Assembly: GCA_964472675.1 (NCBI GenBank)
Contig: CAYYLO010000004.1
Span: 1,602 to 65,601, forward strand
From: an uncultured Gammaproteobacteria bacterium
GTDB lineage: Bacteria; Patescibacteriota; Microgenomatia; UBA8517; UBA10165
DNA: 64,000 bases
Direction: 5' to 3'
Positions within the stretch are counted from its first letter, which is position 1. Every line of letters starts with the position of its first letter. The translations under genes and the position numbers were made by a program. The notes under the pieces are model-generated. The model was not told the origin of the DNA and did not search any database. It was given only the letters and a program-made list of their open reading frames with translations. Below, one piece after another: positions 1-8,160 of the stretch.

Positions 1-240
1 GAACTGCGAGGCAAAGGTATAAAAGACGATGTAATAGAGCGGATTTTGCAGGAGGCAGAGGCCCCATCAGAAGTTGAACTTGCGCGCAAAGTTTTAAAAA
101 AGAGATTCGGCAAAATTCCGCAAAACACACGCGATCTTAAAGAGAAAAAAAGAGTATATGATTTTTTACTAAGACGCGGCTTTTCGTATGCCGTTGTCAA
201 AGAAGCATTGACTGATAATAGTGCTGAAGAGTACAATTAG
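1..240 (+). CDS. recX: RecX regulatory protein, C-terminal part (5' end outside the window)
   Basis: Frame open from base 1: ELRGKGI...YDFLLRRGFSY matches RecX repeats; recX-rny synteny. Confidence 0.85.
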   Translation, partial: ELRGKGIKDDVIERILQEAEAPSEVELARKVLKKRFGKIPQNTRDLKEKKRVYDFLLRRGFSYAVVKEALTDNSAEEYN

Positions 241-256
241 TAAAAGGCAAAAGGGT

Positions 257-330
257 ATGATGACCGTGTTTACAGAATTTAACTTCACGATCGTCCTCGC
301 ATCCCGTTAACCAGCGGGTTCTTCTTTTTG
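257..330 (+). promoter_or_regulatory. Putative rny leader: 17-codon uORF (257-310) plus terminator-like hairpin
   Basis: ATG257..TAA310 (MMTVFTEFNFTIVLASR); CCCGTT-aacc-AGCGGG stem followed by TTCTTCTTTTT. Confidence 0.4.
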
Positions 331-342
331 CTTCAAAAACCT

Positions 343-1509
343 ATGTCAGACACCAGAGAAGAATATATTAAGAAATTAGAGCGCGCTTCCAATTTGACCC
401 GCGAAGAAGCAAAAAAGCAACTTTTATCAGAAATTGAAAAAGATATTGTTGCCGAAAAAGCCAGAAGAATTCGGCAAATGGAGGAGTCAATAAAACTTGA
501 GGCTCAGGAAAAATCGCGGGAAATTTTGGCAGATGCTATGCGGCATGGGGCAACAGGATATGTTGCTGAATATACAGTCTCAAGCGTCCGCCTTCCCAAT
601 GATGAAGTTAAAGGAAGGATTATTGGGCGGGAGGGAAGAAACATTCGCGCTTTTGAACAGGCAACCGGAGTGGAGATAGAACTTGACGAAACCAACGAAC
701 TTCGACTTTCTTCCTTTGACGCCATCAGGCGAGAAATTGCCAAAAGGTCTTTGGAGCAATTGGTTAAAGATGGCCGCATTCAGCCTACAAGAATTGATGA
801 GGTTGTGGCGCAAGTTCAGGCGCAAATGGAGGATGTACTACTTGAGGAAGGGAAAATTATTTGCCATACCTGTGGAGTGTATGACCTTCCTTTAGAGTTG
901 GTCAGACTTATTGGCAGGTATAAATTCAGAACTTCTTACGGACAAAATTTGGCGCTTCATACAATTGAAGAAACAAAAATTGGAGTGCAAATTGCTCATG
1001 AAATTGGGGCAAACGTAGAAATAGTCAAAAAGGGATGTCTTCTGCACGACATCGGTAAAGTTGTAACAGATGAAGAAGGAACACATGTCCAATTGGGGGT
1101 AAGTGTTTTGAAAAAATACGGACTTCTCCAGGAAGTTATCGATACTGTTGCAGAACACCATGAGGATAAACCTTTTTCTTCTGTTGAATCAGTAATTGTT
1201 TACACAGCCGATGCCATTTCTGGTTCTCGCCCGGGCGCACGGTATGAACCGATTGAGGCCTACACGTCTCGCATGGAAGGGATTGAAAAAATTGCCAGTG
1301 AATTTGGAGGCGTTGACCGTGTCTTTGCGTTCCAGGCTGGACGGGAAGTTCAGGTTATTGTTAACCCTAAAGATGTTTTAGACGACGAGCTGACAACTAT
1401 GGCATATGATATTGCGAGAAAATTAGAGAAAGAAGTTGAATACGCAGGGCAAATAAAAGTAAACGTTCTTCGCCAAACTCAGGCTTCAGAAACTACAAAG
1501 GCGAAGTAA
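343..1509 (+). CDS. rny: Ribonuclease Y (short form, no N-terminal membrane anchor)
   Basis: KH motif KGRIIGREGRNIR, HD motif LLHDIGK, RTSYGQN, ADAISGSRPGAR; ATG at 343 preferred to TTG at 328. Confidence 0.93.
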   Translation: MSDTREEYIKKLERASNLTREEAKKQLLSEIEKDIVAEKARRIRQMEESIKLEAQEKSREILADAMRHGATGYVAEYTVSSVRLPNDEVKGRIIGREGRNIRAFEQATGVEIELDETNELRLSSFDAIRREIAKRSLEQLVKDGRIQPTRIDEVVAQVQAQMEDVLLEEGKIICHTCGVYDLPLELVRLIGRYKFRTSYGQNLALHTIEETKIGVQIAHEIGANVEIVKKGCLLHDIGKVVTDEEGTHVQLGVSVLKKYGLLQEVIDTVAEHHEDKPFSSVESVIVYTADAISGSRPGARYEPIEAYTSRMEGIEKIASEFGGVDRVFAFQAGREVQVIVNPKDVLDDELTTMAYDIARKLEKEVEYAGQIKVNVLRQTQASETTKAK

Positions 1510-1536
1510 ATTGTTGAATTGCTAAACTGCTGAAGT

Positions 1537-1565
1537 TTGACATGTGTTGAGAGTTTACCTACAAT
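1537..1565 (+). promoter_or_regulatory. Sigma70-type promoter for HU
   Basis: TTGACA(1537-1542), 17 nt, TACAAT(1560-1565). Confidence 0.65.
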
Positions 1566-1613
1566 TAGGCACAAACAATATTCACAGCACAAGCTGTTCA
1601 GAGATTTGCAATC

Positions 1614-1883
1614 ATGACTAAAAACGATTTAATCGAAGCGGTTGCCAGAAAAGCTCACCTTACCAAAAAGGCGGCTGCAGAGTCCGTGGAGACTTTTATC
1701 TCAGAAATCCAAAGGGCTTTAGTTAAAGGCGAAAAGATCGTTATTTCCGGCTTTGGAACTTTTTACGTTGACCAAAGAGCCAAAAAGAAAATGTTTTTGC
1801 GCGGCCGCGAAGAAGAAGTTCCACCCCATCGTGTTCCCCGCTTCAAGCCCGGCAAGTCTCTAAAAAGGGTTATTAAGAAATAG
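1614..1883 (+). CDS. hup: DNA-binding protein HU
   Basis: MTKNDLIEAVA...GFGTF...PRFKPGKSLK. Confidence 0.93.
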   Translation: MTKNDLIEAVARKAHLTKKAAAESVETFISEIQRALVKGEKIVISGFGTFYVDQRAKKKMFLRGREEEVPPHRVPRFKPGKSLKRVIKK

Positions 1884-2250
1884 AAGGGTATTTGACTTCG
1901 ATATATTTGATGCTCTCTGGCGAGAGTTTTAACGTGTCAACTACGTAACCTTTTACTTTTTCCACATCAAAAGGCTTGCAGGAGAAAATATCTACACATA
2001 TTTCCCGGTCTTTAGTAAACGTGTGCATTGAAATGTGGGAAAAATCGATAATGGCAAAACCAGTAACTCCGGGATTCTCCTCAACCCCTTCAATAACGAT
2101 CGGCCCGTAAAGAAGTTTCATCCCACAAAGTTGGGCAATATCGCGGATTGCTTGCTCGATTTTGTTTTTGTCCGAAATGAGGGTATTATCGCAATTGAAG
2201 GCGTCAATTATGATGTGGTAGCGGCGTTTGTTTTCTTGGATGGCAGACAT
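1873..2250 (-). CDS. S-adenosylmethionine decarboxylase proenzyme-like (pyruvoyl-dependent, short SpeD/SpeH family)
   Basis: HIIIDAFNC...GVTGFAIIDFSHISMHTF...DIFSCKPFD; start placed at MSAIQ. Confidence 0.8.
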   Translation of the reverse strand: MSAIQENKRRYHIIIDAFNCDNTLISDKNKIEQAIRDIAQLCGMKLLYGPIVIEGVEENPGVTGFAIIDFSHISMHTFTKDREICVDIFSCKPFDVEKVKGYVVDTLKLSPESIKYIEVKYPSIS

Positions 2251-2327
2251 TTTGAATTTTTCGAAAGCTTGCTGTAAATCAGCATATATACAACTTACAT
2301 TAATAATATTTAGGTAAAATAACACAC

Positions 2328-3245
2328 ATGTCAATAGAGAACAAGAAATTACTTATAATTTGTGGCCCGACGGGGGTTGGAAAGACTTCTCTGGCGGTCA
2401 AATTAGCCAAAAAATTTGGCGGAGAAATTATCTCAGCCGATTCGCGGCAGGCGTATAGAAAGTTCAACATTGCCACTGGTAAAGATTTGTCTGAACTTAA
2501 GGGAGTGCAACTTCACTTGGTTGATGTCGCCGATCCCGACCAAATTTTTACAGTTGCCCATTATTGCCGGCTTGCTAATGCGGCAATAGCCCAGGTTTAC
2601 CAAAAAAATAAATTACCGGTTATAGTTGGAGGCACAGGGTTTTACATAAAGGCAATCGTTGATGGAATTGACACCCTGGAAATTCCACCAAACAAAGATT
2701 TAAGGGAACAATATCAACACAAGAGCGCCGAAGAACTTTTAATGATTTTAGCAAGGGTTGATCCTGAATTGGCAAATTCTTTAAATAAATCTGAGCAGTA
2801 CAATAAACAACGTTTAGTTAGAAGAATTGAGATTGCGCAAACAGGAAATACAACAAACACGCAACACAGCAGCAGGAATTACGATACCTTGTTTGTTGGA
2901 CTGACTGCGCCAAACTTTGTGTTAAGGAAAAGAATTGGTACAAGAATTGAAAACTGGATTCGTAAGGGAGCTGAAGAAGAAGTGAAGTCTTTGCTTGATC
3001 AGGGAGTTTCTTGGGAGAGTCAAGCAATGAGTGCTTTGGGCTACAAGCAATGGGAGCCATTCTTTGAAAATAAGAAAAGCCGAGAAGAGGTTGTGATTCA
3101 GTGGAAAACAGAAGAGTTCCAGTACGCAAAACGACAATTAACCTGGTTTAAAAAAGATAAAAGAGTGAATTGGTACGACACGTCGGTTCCTAGCTGGCTG
3201 AAAAAAGTGGAGAAAGATGTAGATAATTGGTATCATTGTGGGTAG
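2328..3245 (+). CDS. miaA: tRNA dimethylallyltransferase
   Basis: GPTGVGKT, ISADSRQ, VGGTGFY, YAKRQLTWF. Confidence 0.95.
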   Translation: MSIENKKLLIICGPTGVGKTSLAVKLAKKFGGEIISADSRQAYRKFNIATGKDLSELKGVQLHLVDVADPDQIFTVAHYCRLANAAIAQVYQKNKLPVIVGGTGFYIKAIVDGIDTLEIPPNKDLREQYQHKSAEELLMILARVDPELANSLNKSEQYNKQRLVRRIEIAQTGNTTNTQHSSRNYDTLFVGLTAPNFVLRKRIGTRIENWIRKGAEEEVKSLLDQGVSWESQAMSALGYKQWEPFFENKKSREEVVIQWKTEEFQYAKRQLTWFKKDKRVNWYDTSVPSWLKKVEKDVDNWYHCG

Positions 3246-4256
3246 ATGCCGCGAAAGATTGAGGTTTCCCACAGGACAATTATATTCACTGTCCTATTCT
3301 TAGGGCTGATTTGGGTTGTTGTACAAGTAATACCAATCATAATAACTCTTTTTATTGCAGTGCTTTTGGCTACAGCTTTAAAACCTGTTGTAGACACGCT
3401 CAGACGTTATAAAATTCCCACAGGCATTTCAATCCTGTTGGCCTACGTTGCCCTAATTTCTCTTGTTGTTTTGAGCCTTTCGAGTGTCATTTCACCGTTG
3501 ATTGGACAAACCACTGAGCTTGCTGAACGCTTGCCTGATATTTTTAATCAATTTGGGGCATGGCTTGAAAATTTGGGGATACCTGGAGTAAACGGTAGTC
3601 TACTTGCATCACAAGCTTCTCAACTGGGAGCACTCCCCGGCAATCTTGTGCATTTTGTAATTTTTCTTTTTTCCAACCTGATTGGAGTGGTTACGGTATT
3701 AGTGGTCACATTCTATATACTTCTTGAAAGACAGAACTTAGAACAATATGTGGTAGTAGCGTTTGGAACTGATAGAGAAAGACAAGTTAAAAATTTTATA
3801 GAAAGACTTGAGACGCGATTGGGGGGTTGGGTGCGGGGAGAATTGGTTTTAATGGTAGCAGTAGGTTTACTAAGCTATATAGGATTAAGTTTGCTTGGTA
3901 TTGATTACGCTCTGCCTTTGGCTATTATTGCTGGCTTTTTAGAAATTGTGCCAAATATTGGGCCTATTATTGCGGCTATTCCGGCGATGCTTGTAGCTTT
4001 GACAATTTCACCAGTAATGAGTGTTGCAGTTGCAGCTTTATACTTTTTAATAAATCAGCTTGAAAATACTCTTCTTGTCCCCAATGTTATGAAGCGAGCA
4101 ACAGGAGTTAACCCATTGGTTACTATAATTGCTTTGGCTGTTGGCTTAAAGTTGGGGGGGACTTCTGGCGCGATATTAGCCGTGCCAATTCTTATTACAT
4201 TACAAAGTACTTTGATGGATTTAGTAGGTTTCAGTACTATCCGCAAAGAACTTTAG
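3246..4256 (+). CDS. AI-2E/PerM family transporter
   Basis: Multi-TM; EIVPNIGP, QLENTLLVP, G.NP and GAILAVP motifs. Confidence 0.88.
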   Translation: MPRKIEVSHRTIIFTVLFLGLIWVVVQVIPIIITLFIAVLLATALKPVVDTLRRYKIPTGISILLAYVALISLVVLSLSSVISPLIGQTTELAERLPDIFNQFGAWLENLGIPGVNGSLLASQASQLGALPGNLVHFVIFLFSNLIGVVTVLVVTFYILLERQNLEQYVVVAFGTDRERQVKNFIERLETRLGGWVRGELVLMVAVGLLSYIGLSLLGIDYALPLAIIAGFLEIVPNIGPIIAAIPAMLVALTISPVMSVAVAALYFLINQLENTLLVPNVMKRATGVNPLVTIIALAVGLKLGGTSGAILAVPILITLQSTLMDLVGFSTIRKEL

Positions 4257-4261
4257 ATCGG

Positions 4262-4290
4262 TTGAAAATATCCTGTAATTTTGGTACAAT
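4262..4290 (+). promoter_or_regulatory. Promoter for rnpB
   Basis: TTGAAA, 17 nt, TACAAT with TG extension, just upstream of P1. Confidence 0.65.
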
Positions 4291-4296
4291 ATGCTT

Positions 4297-4648
4297 GTTC
4301 TTTAGGAATCAGGATGGCTACTCTGCCGTCGCTAAAGCTATGGCGGGGAGGAAAGTCCAGGCAGCAGGAAGCATAAGACGGAGTGCAAGCTCCGACGGGT
4401 AACCGCTAGTGGTTGACTTGCGAAAGCAGGTAAACACCGGTTCTTGAATTGACAGAACTGGAGAGTCACAGAGACGAGCAATTGCCTCACACCCCGACGG
4501 GTATGGCAAATGAGTGAAACGTGACAATCCTCTTTGCTGCAACCTCCGATAGGCACGTTATACTCGCTTTCCGGAAGTGCCGAAGATTGAGGGCGTTAGA
4601 TAGATTGCCATCGAAAAACAGAACCTGGCTTACTCATTCCTAAAGAAC
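4297..4648 (+). ncRNA. rnpB: RNase P RNA
   Basis: P1 GTTCTTTAGGAAT/ATTCCTAAAGAAC; P4 signatures GAGGAAAGTCCAGGC and ACAGAACCTGGCTTA with compensatory change. Confidence 0.95.
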
Positions 4649-4656
4649 ATAAAGTA

Positions 4657-4682
4657 CCGCATTTGAAAAGATGCGGTTTTTT
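4657..4682 (+). terminator. Intrinsic terminator of rnpB
   Basis: ACCGCATTT-gaaa-AGATGCGGT followed by T run. Confidence 0.75.
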
Positions 4683-4792
4683 AGTGGTGTGATCTAGTGT
4701 GATTTTGAAAGTATTGACAACGCTTGCGAAACTTTTCACAATGACAATAGCTTGGTAAGTGAATTCAAACTAAAAAAGGAGGTGAGTATGAG

Positions 4793-5476
4793 ATGACACA
4801 ACTTCAAATATGGCAAGCCGCACTCCTGGCTTCCTGGTCGCAGGTTTCGGCAACCATCCTGTCCTTTATCCCATCCTTACTTGGCGCAATAATTGTTTTT
4901 GTTTTAGGCATGTTAGCTTCTGTTTGGGGAAAGAGATTGGTAGAAGAATTATTGCGCGCGGTTCGCCTTGAGGAAATAGCAGCACGTTCTGGTTTTACAG
5001 GTTATTTGCGACGTGCCGATATTAGGTTAACCACAACTGAGCTAGTTGGCGAGATTGTGCGTTGGATACTGCTTTTAATCTTTTTTGTGGCAGCTGTCGA
5101 TATTTTGGGTTTAAAAGTGGTTTCAGGAGTTTTAGGGCAAGTGTTAGGGTATATACCTAATGTTCTGGCGGCAGCATTAATTTTGGGAGCAGGATTTTTG
5201 ATTGCAAACCTGGTTGATGGGCTAGTTCGAGGTGCATTTGTAACTATAGACCACGAAGCAGCGAGGCTTGTGGGGAAGCTGGCCAGATGGGTGGTTTTAG
5301 TGGTTGCTTTTTTTGCAGCAGTCGGACAACTTAATTTGGCTCCTCGCCTGGTTGATACATTTTTTCAGGGGTTAACCTGGACTTTTGTTTTGGCAATCGG
5401 GCTATCTGTCGGTTTGGGGGCAAAGGACTTAGTCGCGCAAGTCTTAGGCGACTGGTACAAGAGAATCCATAAATAG
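4793..5476 (+). CDS. TM-helix-repeat (CmpX-like, mechanosensitive channel-related) membrane protein
   Basis: Two repeats SFIPSLLGA / GYIPNVLAA; LAIGLSVGLG; SD AGGAGGTG upstream. Confidence 0.8.
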   Translation: MTQLQIWQAALLASWSQVSATILSFIPSLLGAIIVFVLGMLASVWGKRLVEELLRAVRLEEIAARSGFTGYLRRADIRLTTTELVGEIVRWILLLIFFVAAVDILGLKVVSGVLGQVLGYIPNVLAAALILGAGFLIANLVDGLVRGAFVTIDHEAARLVGKLARWVVLVVAFFAAVGQLNLAPRLVDTFFQGLTWTFVLAIGLSVGLGAKDLVAQVLGDWYKRIHK

Positions 5477-5537
5477 CGCTTGCCAGCGGAGTAGGAAGAA
5501 GGGATTTAAACAAGTCGTATGGTAAGCAAGTTGAGAA

Positions 5538-5567
5538 TACTACACTCCTATGTAGGAGTGTAGTATA
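5538..5567. repeat. Perfect hairpin between convergent genes (possible bidirectional terminator)
   Basis: ATACTACACTCCTA-tg-TAGGAGTGTAGTAT, 14-bp stem. Confidence 0.6.
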
Positions 5568-5695
5568 GCTTGCCAGTTTAGGCAGAAAATCACGCATTTA
5601 TTTGCAATATTTTCATTTTAGAAAGTTGGGCAGGCGACTACCAATGTAATAAATTCACCGATAGCGCCCGCCCGAGAGCTGTTCAGGCGAAATGC

Positions 5696-6268
5696 CTATA
5701 CTTGGCGAAAGTATGTCGCTGTTTTGTCATCAAGTGGTTGTGCCGACAGCTGCCTCTCTGGCTTGAACCCTGGAAAGGCAGTGTGTGTCAGAAACGCTCG
5801 ACAGGATTCGGAAAGGACAGGTGTTTGGATTACTTCTCCAAACAAACTTTCCTCGTCTGCATACCTGACAACCAATCTAGCCAATAGGACTCGATAGTGG
5901 CCGATTGATCGCAGAAAGTCTGCGCCTATCACTCCTCCGAAAGGAAGGGGCGTTGAGCCGTAGGCTCTCGGTAATCTATTAAAACGAAACGGCTCACCTG
6001 TAGGCCACGCAGAAACTGTCTTGGCGGATTCGGGCAAGAGATTGATTGTGCCGATTCGCTTGCCTGCCTTGTGCGCATCTAAAATATTGAACGTATCAAC
6101 CCCGAGTTCTATTTCTACCGCAACTGGCAGGAAGTTGATAAGAACTATCTTGTATTCGTCTCCAATAGGTCCTACGATGCACGTGTCCCCGTTCGGAGCG
6201 ATGTGCTCTGGCAACTCCTTTCCGTGATGTAAGACGTTTAATTCCAGTGATCGATCTGTTGATTCCAC
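5696..6268 (-). CDS. Hypothetical protein (beta-rich; YKIVLIN...LGVDTFNILD motif), downstream of a T-box
   Basis: 190-aa ORF, GTG start with AGGAGG SD, own promoter and leader. Confidence 0.65.
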   Translation of the reverse strand: MESTDRSLELNVLHHGKELPEHIAPNGDTCIVGPIGDEYKIVLINFLPVAVEIELGVDTFNILDAHKAGKRIGTINLLPESAKTVSAWPTGEPFRFNRLPRAYGSTPLPFGGVIGADFLRSIGHYRVLLARLVVRYADEESLFGEVIQTPVLSESCRAFLTHTAFPGFKPERQLSAQPLDDKTATYFRQV

Positions 6269-6302
6269 GGCTTCCTCCTGTTAAGGTTCTTTGGGATTTT
6301 TT

Positions 6303-6537
6303 ACAATAAAAAATCCCGTCTTTGAAAACAACCTTTTTACAGTTGCCTCCAAGGACGGGACTTCTCTCCCGCGGTACCACCTTGATTGTACGTTCATATA
6401 AACTGAACGTACCTCTTGTTCCGGCTCCGTATATTTTCGACACCGGCTTTTGTATTTTACGGTTCAAATTCCGTAAAGCATTTTTGCTTTCAGCTCCCAG
6501 ATCGCGACTCTGGTAAAAACGCCTTTGCTAACTTGTT
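6303..6537 (-). promoter_or_regulatory. T-box riboswitch (transcriptional)
   Basis: Minus strand: AGAG and GCTGAAAG in stem I, stem III GTACGTTCA/TGAACGTAC, AATCAAGG-TGGTACC-GCGGGA...TCCCGT-CCTT antiterminator, competing terminator ending GACGGGATTTTTT. Confidence 0.88.
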
Positions 6538-6543
6538 ACCCAT

Positions 6544-6571
6544 AGTATAGCAGGGATTTTTATTTTGTCAA
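6544..6571 (-). promoter_or_regulatory. Promoter driving the T-box leader
   Basis: TTGACA, 16 nt, TATACT with TG extension. Confidence 0.7.
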
Positions 6572-6596
6572 CTACTAGTATTCATAGGTAAAAATT

Positions 6597-6630
6597 GAGG
6601 CTGGGTGCGTGGGGTAAAACACCCAGCCTC
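6597..6630 (-). terminator. Hairpin downstream of the MFS gene
   Basis: GAGGCTGGGTG...CACCCAGCCTC then AATTTTT on the minus strand. Confidence 0.6.
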
Positions 6631-6648
6631 GGGAAGCTTTGAGCGAAA

Positions 6649-7830
6649 CTACTCCTCTTGGAGTGAAAAGCAGCTTAGCAAAGCATAGAACGACACTCCG
6701 ATCAGGAGAGCTCCGGACAGTCCCCACACCGCCAGTGGTGAGATATAGGTGGATAGGATTCCGGAAAGGAGCAGCCCAAGTGCTGCGCCCAGAGTTTGGA
6801 CAGAACTGCGGATTGAGTTGCACTCTGAGCGCTTTTCGGCTGTTAGGAAGCGATTGCTGTAAGTGAACAATACTGGTCCCAAGGCTCCTCGGCCAACTTC
6901 ATGAGCCAGGAAGAATCCTAGTAGAAGCCAGCTGTAGCTGAAAAGCGAGGTAAGCAGCATGGGTAGGCCGATAGTTAGCATGATAAACGCAACACTTGCC
7001 CGATCTGGAAGGAGATGATGGGAGTGGGCCAGGTCTGATCCCCACGCGGCAGCCAAAGCGATTCCAGCCCACACTACTCCCAGAAGAAACTGAGGTATCT
7101 GAGCTTCCTTCAAGACTGGCGGCCAGAACATATTAAATGGCTGGAAAGCCAGGTTTGCGAAGAAGGCAACCACGATGACGAAGCGCAAGTTCCGGCTTCT
7201 GATCATCTCTCCTGAGCTGGCTTTGAGGTTGGCAAACACAGAGGGTAGGCTCACCTTCTGGCCTGCACACGCCACATCGTCGGGGAGTTGTCGTGTTAGC
7301 CAGAAAACCAACCCTGCTGCTGCCAGAGACGAAACTCCGGCCAAAAGCCATGGCCACTGTAGTCCCCAGGTTGTGCCTACTATGCCTCCCAAGATAGCTG
7401 TGGGGATACTGGCCCAGTTGGCCCATTTCCCCGCCTTGGCCAGGGTTTTGTGAGTAACCTCCTCGTTGGTGTTGTTTAATAGCCACGAGTCCAGGGCCCC
7501 CGACTGCAGCGAATGACCCAGGGCTCCGACGAGCTCAGCCAAGGCAAAGTAGGCCATGTGTCCTCCGAAGCCATAGATGAACATGCCTGCGCCCCAACAG
7601 ACCAGACCCCAGATGTACAACTTTTTTTGTCCCCAGCGATCAGCCAGATGCCCTGTCGGAGGGTCAAGAATGAAGTTACTGGCCATGAAGACGATGTTGA
7701 GCATATTGGCATCCAGAAGCGTATATCCGAAGCTGAGGATAAACAGTACATAGGTGCTGAAAAACCAGCTTGAGGACGCTCGCTGTAAGACGGAAGCCAC
7801 GAGGAAGGCTCGGACAATTTTTTGTTCCAC
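6649..7830 (-). CDS. MFS transporter (efflux-like)
   Basis: Motif A TGHLADRWGQKK, SGALDSW, about 12 TM; GTG at 7830 has AGGAG SD (the longer TTG start would run through a terminator). Confidence 0.88.
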   Translation of the reverse strand: MEQKIVRAFLVASVLQRASSSWFFSTYVLFILSFGYTLLDANMLNIVFMASNFILDPPTGHLADRWGQKKLYIWGLVCWGAGMFIYGFGGHMAYFALAELVGALGHSLQSGALDSWLLNNTNEEVTHKTLAKAGKWANWASIPTAILGGIVGTTWGLQWPWLLAGVSSLAAAGLVFWLTRQLPDDVACAGQKVSLPSVFANLKASSGEMIRSRNLRFVIVVAFFANLAFQPFNMFWPPVLKEAQIPQFLLGVVWAGIALAAAWGSDLAHSHHLLPDRASVAFIMLTIGLPMLLTSLFSYSWLLLGFFLAHEVGRGALGPVLFTYSNRFLTAEKRSECNSIRSSVQTLGAALGLLLSGILSTYISPLAVWGLSGALLIGVSFYALLSCFSLQEE

Positions 7831-7928
7831 GATCACACTCTCCTGTTTTGTTAAGGTGCCGGCCAAAGCCAAGCCTATTTTTTTAGGCTGGTATTTAGCC
7901 GGAAAAACCTCCGAAAAAGTGGATTTGT

Positions 7929-8079
7929 AAAAAAAGCCTCCTTTACCGGAGGCTTGCGCGGACAAATATTTAGGGGATTAAAGCACGCGAAATGCCTCCA
8001 TTTGAGGTTGGATAGGGGCGTCGACGCCCATTCCAAATTTGGAGGTAATAAGCTCTTTGTGTTTTCGACAATATTCCAT
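7929..8079 (-). promoter_or_regulatory. Leader-peptide attenuator upstream of MFS
   Basis: 33-aa uORF 8079-7978; segments CCTCC / GGAGGC / GCCTCC / GGAGGC + T7 give mutually exclusive stems. Confidence 0.7.
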
Positions 8080-8160
8080 ACAACTGAAGCTTATCATACT
8101 ACAGGTTAATGTGTCAAGAGTGGTTTGACATGATCTTACAATATGAGCCATAGTGAGTAG

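Noticed and set aside
4318-4556. Minus-strand ORFs of 72-74 aa
   Set aside because: Antisense to RNase P RNA
6096-6516. ORFs of 123 aa (minus) and 64 aa (plus)
   Set aside because: They run through the T-box leader and terminator; no protein-like features
7831-7965. N-terminal extension of the MFS ORF from TTG 7965
   Set aside because: Crosses the attenuator terminator; GTG 7830 has an SD and fits the MFS start
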